DNA of 64,000 nucleotides from Chitinophagales bacterium (GCA_040383345.1 JBEIDU010000005.1:1196-65195), one strand, 5' to 3'. Shown: positions 19,625 to 29,682, counted from the first letter of the stretch. Notes: a model not told the origin generated them from the letters alone. Translations and numbers: made by a program.

Positions 19625-20449
19625 TTATTGAATGATTTTAATTGTTATGCGACAGTTTTTTGCAATGTTTTCGGGCGTATTATTTACATATTTTGGTTTT
19701 GAAGATCCATATCCTTCTATGACAATTTTGTCCTCAGAAAGACCCATGCTTATCAAATGATTTTTAACCATTTTGCATCGATCTTCAGAAAGTGTTTTAT
19801 TTGTAGCTTCAGAATTTAAATTATTCACAAAATGCCCTTCCAATCTAATTTTTTGAGAGCTAAATCCAATCTTAGCTATATATTCTTTTAATATATTGGA
19901 ATACGTTTCTTCTTTTAAACTAATTTTTGAATGTAATGGGAAAAATAATTCTGCCATATTATCCTGACTTACTACTTTTATTTCCGATAAATTTAAAAAA
20001 CGAGTGGTGTCCGCGATTTGAATTTTCAATGCTTCAAAAGGAGATTTAAATAAAGAATCTTTAGTGATTTCAATAGAAGCTAACTGAATCTTGCTTGTAT
20101 CTATACAAGAAGCAAGAAGATTTTTGAATTGTTGTGCTCTTGCCAATCCAATGTTTGCAAAAGATGAGCTATTTATTTCGTCGGAAAAATAAGAGCCCAC
20201 GATTTCTATATATTGACCATTATATTTACTACAAAGATCACTTCTATATATTTCAAAATCATTTAATATTGCACTGTCCGAATTGATATTGAACGAAATA
20301 GGAAAAGAAGGCGCTTGAAATTGAGAAGAATCTACCATACGTGTATATTCCGAATCGCAAAAGTTTTTGATGCCACAAGTATAGTGTTTCCAGCATACTA
20401 TCCACCAAATCAACATTACGATGAGTACTAAAATGCTTTTTAAATTCAT
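19625..20449 (-). CDS. OmpA-family (OmpA_C-like) protein
   Basis: N-terminal TM or signal. The C-terminus LSEDRCKMVKNHLISMGLSEDKIVIEGYGSSKP is the OmpA-like peptidoglycan-binding signature. Confidence 0.7.
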   Translation of the reverse strand: MNLKSILVLIVMLIWWIVCWKHYTCGIKNFCDSEYTRMVDSSQFQAPSFPISFNINSDSAILNDFEIYRSDLCSKYNGQYIEIVGSYFSDEINSSSFANIGLARAQQFKNLLASCIDTSKIQLASIEITKDSLFKSPFEALKIQIADTTRFLNLSEIKVVSQDNMAELFFPLHSKISLKEETYSNILKEYIAKIGFSSQKIRLEGHFVNNLNSEATNKTLSEDRCKMVKNHLISMGLSEDKIVIEGYGSSKPKYVNNTPENIAKNCRITIKIIQ

Positions 20450-20485
20450 CTAAAGCAACGTTTAAAATTGATTAAAATTAATTTG

Positions 20486-20493
20486 CAAATTTA
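20486..20493 (-). promoter_or_regulatory. -7 box TAAATTTG on the minus strand
   Basis: The plus strand reads CAAATTTA inside the palindrome AATTTGCAAATT. It is 36 nt upstream of the start at 20449. Confidence 0.4.
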
Positions 20494-20750
20494 TAAATAA
20501 AATCTAATATGTATTGTTTTAAATTATAATTGTTTATAATTCAATAGATTGTGTATCTAATCGTAATAAAAATGTATTTTTATAATGTGTACAAAATCAA
20601 TTACTTGTGATAATCAATTTTAATGAAATTTATTAAATTTTTAATGATGATAAGCTCTATTTTTATCATATCAAAAAAAAGTTATACTTTAGCATTTTAA
20701 ATTGAAAAATGATAATAAAAAATCAGATATAAACCTGAGGAAGTAAGTCG

Positions 20751-21839
20751 ATGATGAATAAACAAACCATTTTTAATGTTGGACCCGCTATGATTTTTGA
20801 GCAAGTGCCCAATCTTACCGCTCAGTTTTTTGCTGAAAATATGGGAAGTGTATCGCATCGTAGTCCTGAGTTCAGGCAATTGCATTTGGAAGTTGTCTGT
20901 CATTTAAAAAAAATAATGAATATACCTGAATCGTATGGTGTTTTCTTTGCAGGTTCTGCATCAGAATTATGGGAACGAATTCTATTAAATGGTGTCAAAA
21001 ATAAAAGTGCTCATATTGTCAATGGCTCTTTTTCAAGCAGATTTTATGACTACGCACAAAGTCTCAACTTAGATACGCAAAAAATTGAATTTGAAGAGGG
21101 AAGAGGATTTCACGCTTCGCAAATATTGGTAGAAGACGATGTAGAGATGATATGTATAACTCAAAATGAAACTTCCACAGGGGTTTGGATTCCAGAAAAT
21201 GAAATAGCTGATATTGCGAAAAAATACCCCGAAAAATTGATTTCGGTAGATATTGTATCTTCTGTACCAATAGTAAATTTAGATTTCAATTGTATTGATA
21301 ATGCTTTTTTTTCAGTTCAAAAAGCTTTTGGAATGCCTGCTGGATTGGGGGTTTGGATTGTATCGCCCCGTATGCTTGCCAAATCCATTGCTTTGAAAGC
21401 GGAAAAGGGTATTGGGGCGCATCATACGTTGCCTGTTCATTGGAAAAATTTTGAAAAAAATGAAACGCATTCTACGCCCAATGTCTATGGAATTTATTTG
21501 CTCAATCACATTTCACAATATCTCTTATCCCAAAATATAAAATCTCTTTGTAATGAAATAAAAACACGAGCAAATTGGATTTATAACCAATTGAATTCAA
21601 TGGTTCATTTCAAACCTTTTGTATTTGATGCGCAGTTTCAGTCGCCTACTATTATTGTCCTTCAGGCAGATAGTGCCGATAGGGTCGCACAAGCTATAAA
21701 ACTTTTGGCATCTCATAATTTATCGGTAAGTAGTGGTTATGGGCAGTATAAAACGATGCAAATTCGTATCGGTAATTTTCCTGCATTGAAGCAAAAAGAT
21801 TTTGAAAACTTTTTTTCAATTTTAAAACAAATAGATTAA
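20751..21839 (+). CDS. class V aminotransferase, phosphoserine aminotransferase-like
   Basis: FNVGPAM...SHRSPEFRQL N-terminus is SerC-like. 362 aa. Confidence 0.55.
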   Translation: MMNKQTIFNVGPAMIFEQVPNLTAQFFAENMGSVSHRSPEFRQLHLEVVCHLKKIMNIPESYGVFFAGSASELWERILLNGVKNKSAHIVNGSFSSRFYDYAQSLNLDTQKIEFEEGRGFHASQILVEDDVEMICITQNETSTGVWIPENEIADIAKKYPEKLISVDIVSSVPIVNLDFNCIDNAFFSVQKAFGMPAGLGVWIVSPRMLAKSIALKAEKGIGAHHTLPVHWKNFEKNETHSTPNVYGIYLLNHISQYLLSQNIKSLCNEIKTRANWIYNQLNSMVHFKPFVFDAQFQSPTIIVLQADSADRVAQAIKLLASHNLSVSSGYGQYKTMQIRIGNFPALKQKDFENFFSILKQID

Positions 21840-21845
21840 CGAAAT

Positions 21846-22706
21846 ATGATAGCAGCATCCGAATTGATTTTGAACCCTGATAATAGTGTGTATCACTTAA
21901 ATTTATTACCACAAGATATTGCAGATACCATTATTTTTGTGGGTGATCCGGATAGAGTTTGTGATATTTCATGTTTTTTTGATACGATAGAAGTCAAAAA
22001 ACAAAAAAGAGAATTTTTGACTCATACGGGCCTATTCAAAGGCAAGCGAATTAGCGTAATTTCAACAGGAATTGGTACCGATAATATTGATATTGTTTTA
22101 AATGAGTTGGATGCGTTAGTTAATGTCGATTTGGAAAAAAGAGAAATTAAAAAGGAACTCAAATCGCTTAAAATCATTCGAATAGGCACTTCTGGAGCAT
22201 TGCATGCCGATATCCCATTGGATAGTATTGTATTGAGCCAATATGCAATAGGTATGGAAGGTTTGATGCATTTTTATCAGACGAATCTCTCTCCAATAGA
22301 AATGCAGTTGAAACAAGATTTTGAAGCTTTTTTGAAGCAAGAATCTATTGCAGTCATTGCCCCTTATACGGCATCGGCTTCGCAAGATTTATTGGATTTA
22401 TTCCCCGAATTTATAAAAGGAATTACACTCACCAATACGGGATTTTATGCACCACAAGGACGTCAAGTGCGTGCCATTCCCAAAGTAGAAAATTATAATG
22501 ATAAGATGGCTAAATTTCAATCTTCATTGGGAAAAATTACTAATTTTGAAATGGAAACATCTGGCATTTATGGCTTATCTAATTTGTTGGGGCATAAAGC
22601 CTTATCAGTCAATGTAATAATTGCCAATCGTGCGTTAGGCAAATTCTCCGAAAATCCTCAACAAGCCGTAAAGCAAGCTATTGAGACAATATTGGGGAGG
22701 TTGTAG
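21846..22706 (+). CDS. nucleoside phosphorylase (PNP_UDP_1 family)
   Basis: FVGDPDRV, IRIGTSGAL and NFEMETSG are family motifs. Confidence 0.75.
   Translation: MIAASELILNPDNSVYHLNLLPQDIADTIIFVGDPDRVCDISCFFDTIEVKKQKREFLTHTGLFKGKRISVISTGIGTDNIDIVLNELDALVNVDLEKREIKKELKSLKIIRIGTSGALHADIPLDSIVLSQYAIGMEGLMHFYQTNLSPIEMQLKQDFEAFLKQESIAVIAPYTASASQDLLDLFPEFIKGITLTNTGFYAPQGRQVRAIPKVENYNDKMAKFQSSLGKITNFEMETSGIYGLSNLLGHKALSVNVIIANRALGKFSENPQQAVKQAIETILGRL
22651..22705 (+). repeat. 55-bp direct repeat, copy 1 (last 17 codons of the phosphorylase gene)
   Basis: aaaatcctcaacaagccgtaaagcaagctattgagacaatattggggaggttgta is identical, base for base, to 29683-29737. Confidence 0.95.
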
Positions 22707-22718
22707 TGGAAATATAAA

Positions 22719-23651
22719 TTACCAACGACCATATGCATAGCCTCGTTCAATTTTCTCGCCGATATTTATCTTAATAGTAACTTCATGGGTACTTCCCATT
22801 TGATCGGTGGGTGTTCTACTAGAAAGATCAAAATTATAACATAATTTGATTCTATTTCTTAATAATGAAAACTGATTTTCATTGAATTCATATTGTGCTC
22901 CGAATAGGAAGGCACCACTACTTCTATATCCACCAATAAAGGAAATGAATCCACTATATTCCCACTGGGAATAAATATCAAAATTATCTGGTGCATTTGC
23001 ATTATAGCGATATTGAAAAGCAGGTTTTAATATCCAATTTTCATCAAATATAATATTAAAGTCTAATCCACAATATAGCTTATTCACTGTCTTATATGAT
23101 CTAGTATTATTAGTCATATCGTATACTCCAGGAATAAGATCCGGAACAGATGCGCCTAATGAGAATAAATCATTTTGATAATATACACCTAAACCCAAAA
23201 CAGGTTTATTGTAATATGAGCTTTCCGTTTGGAAGTTGGGATCTCCTTTATAGTATCCATCTAATGCTCTATTATTAATAACGCCAAAATCCATACCAGC
23301 TCTCACTCCTAATTGTAAAAAAGCTTCTTCTTGAATATTGAACCTATATGCATAATTTCCATATAAATTAAAATTACTCATAGGACCAATTTTATCAAGA
23401 TTGAAATTCATTCCAAGGCTTGAATTCGTCTCTCCCATAGGACTGGATAAAGAAAGTAAATAATTTTTTGGATTATCTTGAATGCCTCCCCATTGATTTC
23501 TGTATGCACCTACTACTTCCAGATTGTCTGATATACCAACAGCGGCAGGGTTAAACATCATTTTTTGATCATGGTAGTTTGAAATAAGTATGCCTTGTTG
23601 GGCATAAATATTACTGCCAAAAATTAATAAGAAATATAATATAGCTCTCAT
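22719..23651 (-). CDS. PorP/SprF-family type IX secretion system membrane protein
   Basis: Signal peptide followed by AQQGILISNYHDQKMMFNPAAVG (family N-terminal signature). ~310 aa beta-barrel-like. It starts 3 nt after the upstream type-B cargo gene. Confidence 0.8.
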   Translation of the reverse strand: MRAILYFLLIFGSNIYAQQGILISNYHDQKMMFNPAAVGISDNLEVVGAYRNQWGGIQDNPKNYLLSLSSPMGETNSSLGMNFNLDKIGPMSNFNLYGNYAYRFNIQEEAFLQLGVRAGMDFGVINNRALDGYYKGDPNFQTESSYYNKPVLGLGVYYQNDLFSLGASVPDLIPGVYDMTNNTRSYKTVNKLYCGLDFNIIFDENWILKPAFQYRYNANAPDNFDIYSQWEYSGFISFIGGYRSSGAFLFGAQYEFNENQFSLLRNRIKLCYNFDLSSRTPTDQMGSTHEVTIKINIGEKIERGYAYGRW

Positions 23652-23654
23652 GAT

Positions 23655-26600
23655 TTATTTTTTAATATAGATATACCCTGTTTTTTCATTTTTTTGACCA
23701 TAAATCGTGAAACTAAAAACATAATAATAGACACCATCAGGTAAGGTATTGTTTGTATAGCCATTGGTCAAATATTCTCCATACCAATCATTTTGATAAT
23801 TTTCTTTTTCAAATACTATTTCTCCCCATCGGTTAGCAATTTGAATTTTATTATTTTTAGCTAAATGAATATTTTCTATCGTAAAAGCATCCATGATTTG
23901 ATCGTTATTTGGACTCATAGAATTGTTTACATAGATCGAATCCAAAAGCACTTTCAACTCTAACGTAGCTTTTATAGCTGTAGCCTCACTTTCGCAATTA
24001 TTTTCCCGTTGAGTTACATAGTATACTTTTTCATTTTGTAATGTGGTAGAACTAGGGATATTTTTTTGCAATTGGGAATCTTCATACCACTTTAAACTAT
24101 TTCCAGTAACAATAAGATCGTCTAATGTATTGTCATTTGAATACGTTTGAGGAGATGTAGCTATCGGTTTAGGTGGAATAGGATAGGATATTATATTTAT
24201 AGAGGTACTGCATGATTTATTTCTATAGGTATAGTCTACTGTATAACTCCTAATCTGTTGCGCTATTATTTTTATTGTTTTTGTTGTTGCGGCATTAAAC
24301 CATAATAATTTATTGAACAAGGATTGGAAGGTTAGCAAAATCGTATCACCTTCACAATAGTTGGGTTTATCAGAAGTAATATTGCCTGAATTGATATATG
24401 CTTTAACTTTTTTGATAGCACTTTCACAATTATTTAATGATTGAGTAGCATAATAGGTTACATTGTCTGAAAGTTGTGCGTTGTTATTAAGGATAATTTT
24501 CTTTGTAGAATCCTGGTACCATTTGATAAGATTTCCGGTAATAATTAAATCTTTTATTTGTGCGGACATACAAAATATCTGAGAATCTAATGCTATAGGA
24601 GCGATACTACTATTTACGAATAAGTTTAGTGTACGAATAGAGTCACACCCTTTGCTATTTGCCCCAAACAAGGTATCTACATAAATTCCTGTTGATTTCT
24701 TGCCTAGGAAGGAATCACCTTGACAAATCGTTTGATTAATGGTTGAGAATGTTCTTGGATTTACCGTAAGATTTAATGTTCGAATAGAATCACACCCTTT
24801 GCTATTAGCGCCAAATAATGTATCTACATAAATTCCTGTTGATTTCTTGCCTAGGAAGGAATCACCTTGACAAATCGTTTGATTAATTGTAGAAGTTGTT
24901 CTTGGATTTACCGTCAGATTTAGTGTTCGAATAGAGTCACAACCCTTGCTATTAGCGCCGATTAAGGTATCAATATATGTTCCACTTATTGATCTTCCCA
25001 AAAAGCTTTGTCCTTGACAGATCGTTTGATTGATTGAAGAAGTTGTTCTTGGATTTACCGTAAGATTTAGAGTTCGAATAGAATCACAACCCTTGCTATT
25101 AGCTCCTATTAATGTATCAATATATGTTCCGCTTATTGATCTTCCCAAAAAGCTTTGTCCTTGACAGATCGTTTGATTGATTGAAGAAGTTGTTCTTGGA
25201 TTTACTGTCAGATTTAGAGTTCGAATGGAATCACAACCCTTACTATTAGCGCCTATTAATGTGTCAATATATGTTCCGCTTATTGATCTTCCCAAAAAGC
25301 TTTGTCCTTGACAGATCGTTTGATTGATTGAAGAAGTTGTTTTTGGATTTACCGTAAGATTTAGTGTTCGAATCGAATCACAACCCTTGCTATTAGCGCC
25401 AGTTAATGTGTCAATATATGTTCCGCTTATTGTTCTTCCCAAAAAGCTCTGACCTTGACATATCGTTTGATTAATTGTTGAGATTGTTTTTGGATTTACT
25501 GTCACCGTCACAGTATCCGTACAAAAATGACTGCCATTGGATACACGCACCCAGTACTTAGTAGTTACAGTCGGTGTTACATTGATAGTAGGTGTAGTAT
25601 CGCCTGTGGACCAAAGGTAGGACTGAGGATAAGCTGGTGTATATAGTTGTTGAATTTCTTGGAGAGTTAAAGCTCGGTTCCATGCTAAAAAATCATCTAG
25701 CTTACCTTTAAAAAATGATGGATAACCATCTGTATAAATCAATTTCCCAAATGTTAAAGGTTTAAAATTAGAAGTATTAATTAATGTATTTGGATTGTAT
25801 ATTGAAGATGGAATAGTTAATAAAATACCATTTTTATATACTAATATATTATTTTGTATTGTTCCTCCATTAGGGAAAACAATACAATAAAAATTCCATT
25901 TATTACAAAAATTAGTATCGCTATTGTAAGCAATAAAAGAACTACTTGTAATACTAGCGATATTATCTTGAATACCACATCGAATAATTGCTGCGAATGT
26001 TTCTCCAGGCGCACCATCTCCATAGGAAAATGCATAAGAATTTGAGAGATTTTGTTCTGGTAAAGCCCAAAAAGCTATTGTTCTACTGTTGTTTCCTGTA
26101 ATGCTATTAATAACTGATGTAGAAATAAAATCATCCACTCCATCAAAATTATACGCCTTATTCGTATTCCCGAATCTATCAGTAGTTAATGTTGCTCCAT
26201 TCACCGTTCCATTATTCCCATTTCCACTAGCATCATTGGCATTACCACAGAATGGCCAGAAGCCGACGAGTCCATTTTGAAGATTTGCTGGAAGTGGAGC
26301 ACAGTAGGAAAGCGGTGTGCTACCCAATATGCTATCTGCATTTAATCTTACCGATCTTCCAAGACAAATTGTAGTATCATTATTAAGGATATTTGCCTTA
26401 ATAATACTCACAAAAACAGAATCCATTCCTGAACATCCAGCACTATTTGTAGCCGTAATTTTATACCATCCTGTACTTTTTGCAAAAAAAGACGCCGTCG
26501 TTTTTCCATTTGACCAGCTATAGGTACTCATACCTGAAGTAGCTGAAACTAAAACAGAATCTCCGCAGGCTTTGATGGTATCTTGGGAGATAAGATTTGT

Positions 26601-29540
26601 AGGAGGTTGACTTACAGTTACTGTAACCGTATCCGTACAAAAATGACTACCATTGGATACTCTTACCCAGTATTTTGTAGTTACAGTCGGTGTTACATTG
26701 ATAGTAGGTGTGGTATCGCCTGTGGACCATAGATAGGACTGAGGATATGATGATGTATATAATTGTTGAATTTCTTGTGGAGTTAAGGCTCGGTTCCATA
26801 TCCCAATATCATCGATTATTCCGTTGAAAAAATATGGGTGATTAAGATAATCATGTTTACCTATATATAAAGGATCTGTATTTGTTCCAAATGAGTTATT
26901 ATTATTTTGTGTTACAGTATTTTCTAATACTCCATTAACATAAATTTTCATTGTTAGACTGTTAATACTAGCAGTAATCAAAGTCCATTGATTTATGTTA
27001 ACAGTTGAGCTGGATTCAACAAATATGTTATTCCCAATGACGAACCTAGATTTATTATTAGAAGAGAAAACTAGTAAATCATAATGTCCTGGTCCCTGAT
27101 CCCATCCTTTATTAACAACCATTGATGCATTTGACGAATTGTATGCTGAAGTATTGACCCAGGCAGATATAGTAATTTGTGAAGTCGGATTAAGTGAATT
27201 ACTATTATTGATATTTATAAAATCATCCACTCCATCAAAATTATACGCCTTATTCGTATTCCCGAATCTATCCGTCGTTAAATTAGCGCCATTCACCGTT
27301 CCATGATTATTATTCCCGCTTACATCATTGGCATTACCACAGAAAGGCCAGTAGCCTACAAGTCCATTTTGAAGATTTGCAGGAAGTGGTGCACAGGAGG
27401 AAAGCGGTGAGCTTCCCAGTATACTATCTGCATTTAATCTTACCGATCTCCCAAGACAAATGGTAGTATCATTATTAAGGATATTCGCTTTAACAATACT
27501 CACAAAAACGGAATCCGTTCCTGAACATCCAGCATTATTTGTAGCTGTAACTTTGTACCATCCTGTGCTTTTTGCAAAGATGTTTGAAGTAGTAGCTCCT
27601 GTGTTCCAAGCATATGAACTCAAACCCGAAGTAGCCGAAACTAAAACACTATCACCACAAGCTTTGATGGTATCTTGGGAGATAAGATTTGTAGGAGGTT
27701 GACTTACTGTCACTGTAACCGTATCTGTACAAAAATGACTGCCATTGGATACACGCACCCAGTATTTTGTAGTTACGCTTGGTGTGACATTGATAGTTGG
27801 TGTGGTATCGCCAGTGGACCAGAGGTAGGACTGAGGATAAGATGATGAATATAATTGTTGAATTTCTTGAGGGGTTAAAGCGCGGTTCCAAATTCCAATG
27901 TCATCTAATTTTCCTATATAATAATTTACAAAAGAACTCCACTCTCTTCCAAATTGTATATCTCCAGAACAAATATCAATCGAAGAAGAAGGTGGAATTG
28001 AAGTAGACTTTAATATCCCATCAATGTATACATTAACTTCTGTTGAATAAGTGGCAGTAACCATATGCCAGTTGCCATTAGTTAAAATTGGATTATTTCC
28101 ACCAAAAGATGACCACCCAATTGATGGTTGACATGAACTATTGTATTTTAAACTTAGTAGGTTTGAAAAATTAAGTGCAAATGAATATTGTTCATTTGCA
28201 GCATTCATGAAATTATTTTTTTTAATTGGAACCATTAAATTACCACCAGTGGTATTTATCCAAAAATTCACTGTACCTTGAGGATTATTTAATGAAGAAT
28301 TTGAAGGAACTTGTATGAAATTATTATTAAAATTATATGCATTATTCAAATTCCCAAATCTATCCGTTGTCAAAGTAGCTCCATTTACCGTTCCATTATT
28401 CCCATTGCCACTAGCATCATTGGCATTGCCACAGAATGGCCAGTAGCCGACGAGTCCATTTTGAAGATTTGGGGGAAGTGGAGCACAGTAGGAAAGCGGT
28501 GTGCTTACCAGTATACTATCTGCACGTAATCTTACCGATCTTCCAAGACAAATAGCCGTATCATTATTTAATATATTTGCCTTAATAATACTCACAAAAA
28601 CAGAATCCATTCCTGAACATCCAGCACTATTTGTAGCCGAAACTTTGTACCATCCTGTACTTTTTGCAAAGATAGACGCCGTTGTTTTTCCATTTGACCA
28701 GCTGTAAGAAGTTAACCCTGAAGTAGCCGAAACTAAAACACTATCGCCACAAGCTTTGATGGTATCTTGGGTGATAAGACTTGAATTAAAAATCGTATTT
28801 AGTGAGCCGGAATATAGAGCTTGAACTTCACAAGTCGTTAATGCTCTATTCCATATGCCAATATCATCAATTTTACCATTAAAATTCTTAACATTAAATA
28901 AAGACCAGTTAGCTTGTCCAATTAATAAGTCAAATGAATTATTACCAATAACTCCAGTTCCAAAACTTTGTGCAACTAAAATTCCATTTATATAAATTTG
29001 TCCTTGAGTACCAGTCCAAACTTGAACAATATGATACCACGAATTTATAGTTATTGAATTATTAGAAGTGCTTAAACTATATGCTGGATTAGGAGATCCA
29101 TTCTGAAGTCTAAAGTTACTTTGATAACCAATTTCTATGTTAGAATTATATCCATTTTGTGTAGAACCTGAGCCAGCTTGTTTACTTAAAATAATACTAA
29201 TTTGACTTGAAGATAAAGATGCTGCATTAATCCAATATGAAAATGAGAATTTATTTTGAGTTTGAAAATTAAGTGAAGAATTATTTGGAATAGAAATGTA
29301 TGAAGTGGTGCCATTAAAACTATATGCTTTATTAGACATTCCAAATCTGTCAACTGTCAAAGTAGCTCCATTTACGGTCCCATTATTTCCATTTCCAGAG
29401 CTATCTATAGCATTGCCAGTAAAGGGCCACCATCCTACCAGCCCAGTTGAAGGAACGTAATTTGGAATTTGAGCTTTTATAAATATACTTATTGAAAAAA
29501 GTAATATAGAGAGTATTTTTTTCATAATTTTATTTTTCAT
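23655..29540 (-). CDS. giant repetitive adhesin-like protein: 4 LamG (concanavalin-like lectin) modules, Ig-like linkers, 6 x 49-aa repeats, T9SS type-B (gliding-motility-associated) C-terminal sorting domain
   Basis: Signal peptide. Four copies of LVG(W/Y/F)WPF.GNA.D.SGN.N.GTVNGA.LT.DRFG and DDIGIWNRALT (LamG_3-like). The C-terminus reads SPNNDQIMDAFTIENI...RWGEIVFEKENYQNDWYGEY...DGVYYYVF...GYIYIKK. Confidence 0.85.
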   Translation of the reverse strand: MKNKIMKKILSILLFSISIFIKAQIPNYVPSTGLVGWWPFTGNAIDSSGNGNNGTVNGATLTVDRFGMSNKAYSFNGTTSYISIPNNSSLNFQTQNKFSFSYWINAASLSSSQISIILSKQAGSGSTQNGYNSNIEIGYQSNFRLQNGSPNPAYSLSTSNNSITINSWYHIVQVWTGTQGQIYINGILVAQSFGTGVIGNNSFDLLIGQANWSLFNVKNFNGKIDDIGIWNRALTTCEVQALYSGSLNTIFNSSLITQDTIKACGDSVLVSATSGLTSYSWSNGKTTASIFAKSTGWYKVSATNSAGCSGMDSVFVSIIKANILNNDTAICLGRSVRLRADSILVSTPLSYCAPLPPNLQNGLVGYWPFCGNANDASGNGNNGTVNGATLTTDRFGNLNNAYNFNNNFIQVPSNSSLNNPQGTVNFWINTTGGNLMVPIKKNNFMNAANEQYSFALNFSNLLSLKYNSSCQPSIGWSSFGGNNPILTNGNWHMVTATYSTEVNVYIDGILKSTSIPPSSSIDICSGDIQFGREWSSFVNYYIGKLDDIGIWNRALTPQEIQQLYSSSYPQSYLWSTGDTTPTINVTPSVTTKYWVRVSNGSHFCTDTVTVTVSQPPTNLISQDTIKACGDSVLVSATSGLSSYAWNTGATTSNIFAKSTGWYKVTATNNAGCSGTDSVFVSIVKANILNNDTTICLGRSVRLNADSILGSSPLSSCAPLPANLQNGLVGYWPFCGNANDVSGNNNHGTVNGANLTTDRFGNTNKAYNFDGVDDFININNSNSLNPTSQITISAWVNTSAYNSSNASMVVNKGWDQGPGHYDLLVFSSNNKSRFVIGNNIFVESSSTVNINQWTLITASINSLTMKIYVNGVLENTVTQNNNNSFGTNTDPLYIGKHDYLNHPYFFNGIIDDIGIWNRALTPQEIQQLYTSSYPQSYLWSTGDTTPTINVTPTVTTKYWVRVSNGSHFCTDTVTVTVSQPPTNLISQDTIKACGDSVLVSATSGMSTYSWSNGKTTASFFAKSTGWYKITATNSAGCSGMDSVFVSIIKANILNNDTTICLGRSVRLNADSILGSTPLSYCAPLPANLQNGLVGFWPFCGNANDASGNGNNGTVNGATLTTDRFGNTNKAYNFDGVDDFISTSVINSITGNNSRTIAFWALPEQNLSNSYAFSYGDGAPGETFAAIIRCGIQDNIASITSSSFIAYNSDTNFCNKWNFYCIVFPNGGTIQNNILVYKNGILLTIPSSIYNPNTLINTSNFKPLTFGKLIYTDGYPSFFKGKLDDFLAWNRALTLQEIQQLYTPAYPQSYLWSTGDTTPTINVTPTVTTKYWVRVSNGSHFCTDTVTVTVNPKTISTINQTICQGQSFLGRTISGTYIDTLTGANSKGCDSIRTLNLTVNPKTTSSINQTICQGQSFLGRSISGTYIDTLIGANSKGCDSIRTLNLTVNPRTTSSINQTICQGQSFLGRSISGTYIDTLIGANSKGCDSIRTLNLTVNPRTTSSINQTICQGQSFLGRSISGTYIDTLIGANSKGCDSIRTLNLTVNPRTTSTINQTICQGDSFLGKKSTGIYVDTLFGANSKGCDSIRTLNLTVNPRTFSTINQTICQGDSFLGKKSTGIYVDTLFGANSKGCDSIRTLNLFVNSSIAPIALDSQIFCMSAQIKDLIITGNLIKWYQDSTKKIILNNNAQLSDNVTYYATQSLNNCESAIKKVKAYINSGNITSDKPNYCEGDTILLTFQSLFNKLLWFNAATTKTIKIIAQQIRSYTVDYTYRNKSCSTSINIISYPIPPKPIATSPQTYSNDNTLDDLIVTGNSLKWYEDSQLQKNIPSSTTLQNEKVYYVTQRENNCESEATAIKATLELKVLLDSIYVNNSMSPNNDQIMDAFTIENIHLAKNNKIQIANRWGEIVFEKENYQNDWYGEYLTNGYTNNTLPDGVYYYVFSFTIYGQKNEKTGYIYIKK
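24615..25496 (-). repeat. 6 x 147-bp in-frame tandem repeat inside the adhesin gene
   Basis: The unit encodes NP(K/R)T.S.INQTICQG.SFLG....G.Y.DTL.GANSKGCDSIRTLNL(T/F)V. Period 147 nt, read directly from the DNA. Confidence 0.95.
25497..29470 (-). repeat. ~3.6 copies of a ~1.1-kb module (periods 1092, 1092, 1116 nt) inside the adhesin gene
   Basis: The anchor gctttgatggtatcttggg occurs at 26569, 27661 and 28753. The anchor acaaaaatga occurs at 25521, 26637 and 27729. Confidence 0.9.
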
Positions 29541-29626
29541 TTTAATCTATTTCTTAAAATTACTTCTCAAAACAATTAGTTTAAGAAACAAATTTTATTT
29601 GTTAATTTTTATTAAAAAAATATTCG

Positions 29627-29634
29627 CAAATATA
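29627..29634 (-). promoter_or_regulatory. -7 box TATATTTG on the minus strand, upstream of the adhesin operon
   Basis: The plus strand reads CAAATATA. It is 86 nt upstream of the ATG at 29540. Confidence 0.35.
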
Positions 29635-29682
29635 AAATAGATAAATTAAAATAAAAAGTATAATTCAATATGTTTTATTTAA

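Noticed and set aside
20450-20750. 300-bp AT-rich intergenic region, checked for tRNA, sRNA or riboswitch-like structure. I made the same check at 29541-29792, 43560-43760, 50153-50415 and 52423-52571.
   Set aside because: By eye I saw no GC-rich cloverleaf-like or conserved structured segment, only promoter-like boxes and short palindromes. I cannot exclude small RNAs without covariance-model searches.
24615-25496. Regular 147-bp repeats that might be taken for a CRISPR-like array
   Set aside because: The units are contiguous, with no spacers between them. They are in frame within a 1961-aa ORF and encode a conserved 49-aa peptide, and no cas genes are nearby.
25841-28707. Multiple 60-80-aa ORFs on both strands inside the adhesin gene, several with near-identical sequences (for example 26317-26523, 27460-27702 and 28501-28707)
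   Set aside because: Their recurrence simply mirrors the ~1.1-kb internal repeats of the adhesin gene. They are alternative-frame or antisense shadows.
22706-29682. Search for an integrase, transposase, excisionase or inverted terminal repeats inside the 55-bp-repeat-bounded segment
   Set aside because: The segment is fully occupied by the adhesin and PorP/SprF ORFs plus ~140 nt of AT-rich leader. I saw no recombinase-like ORF or terminal inverted repeats, so I do not call it a self-mobile element.
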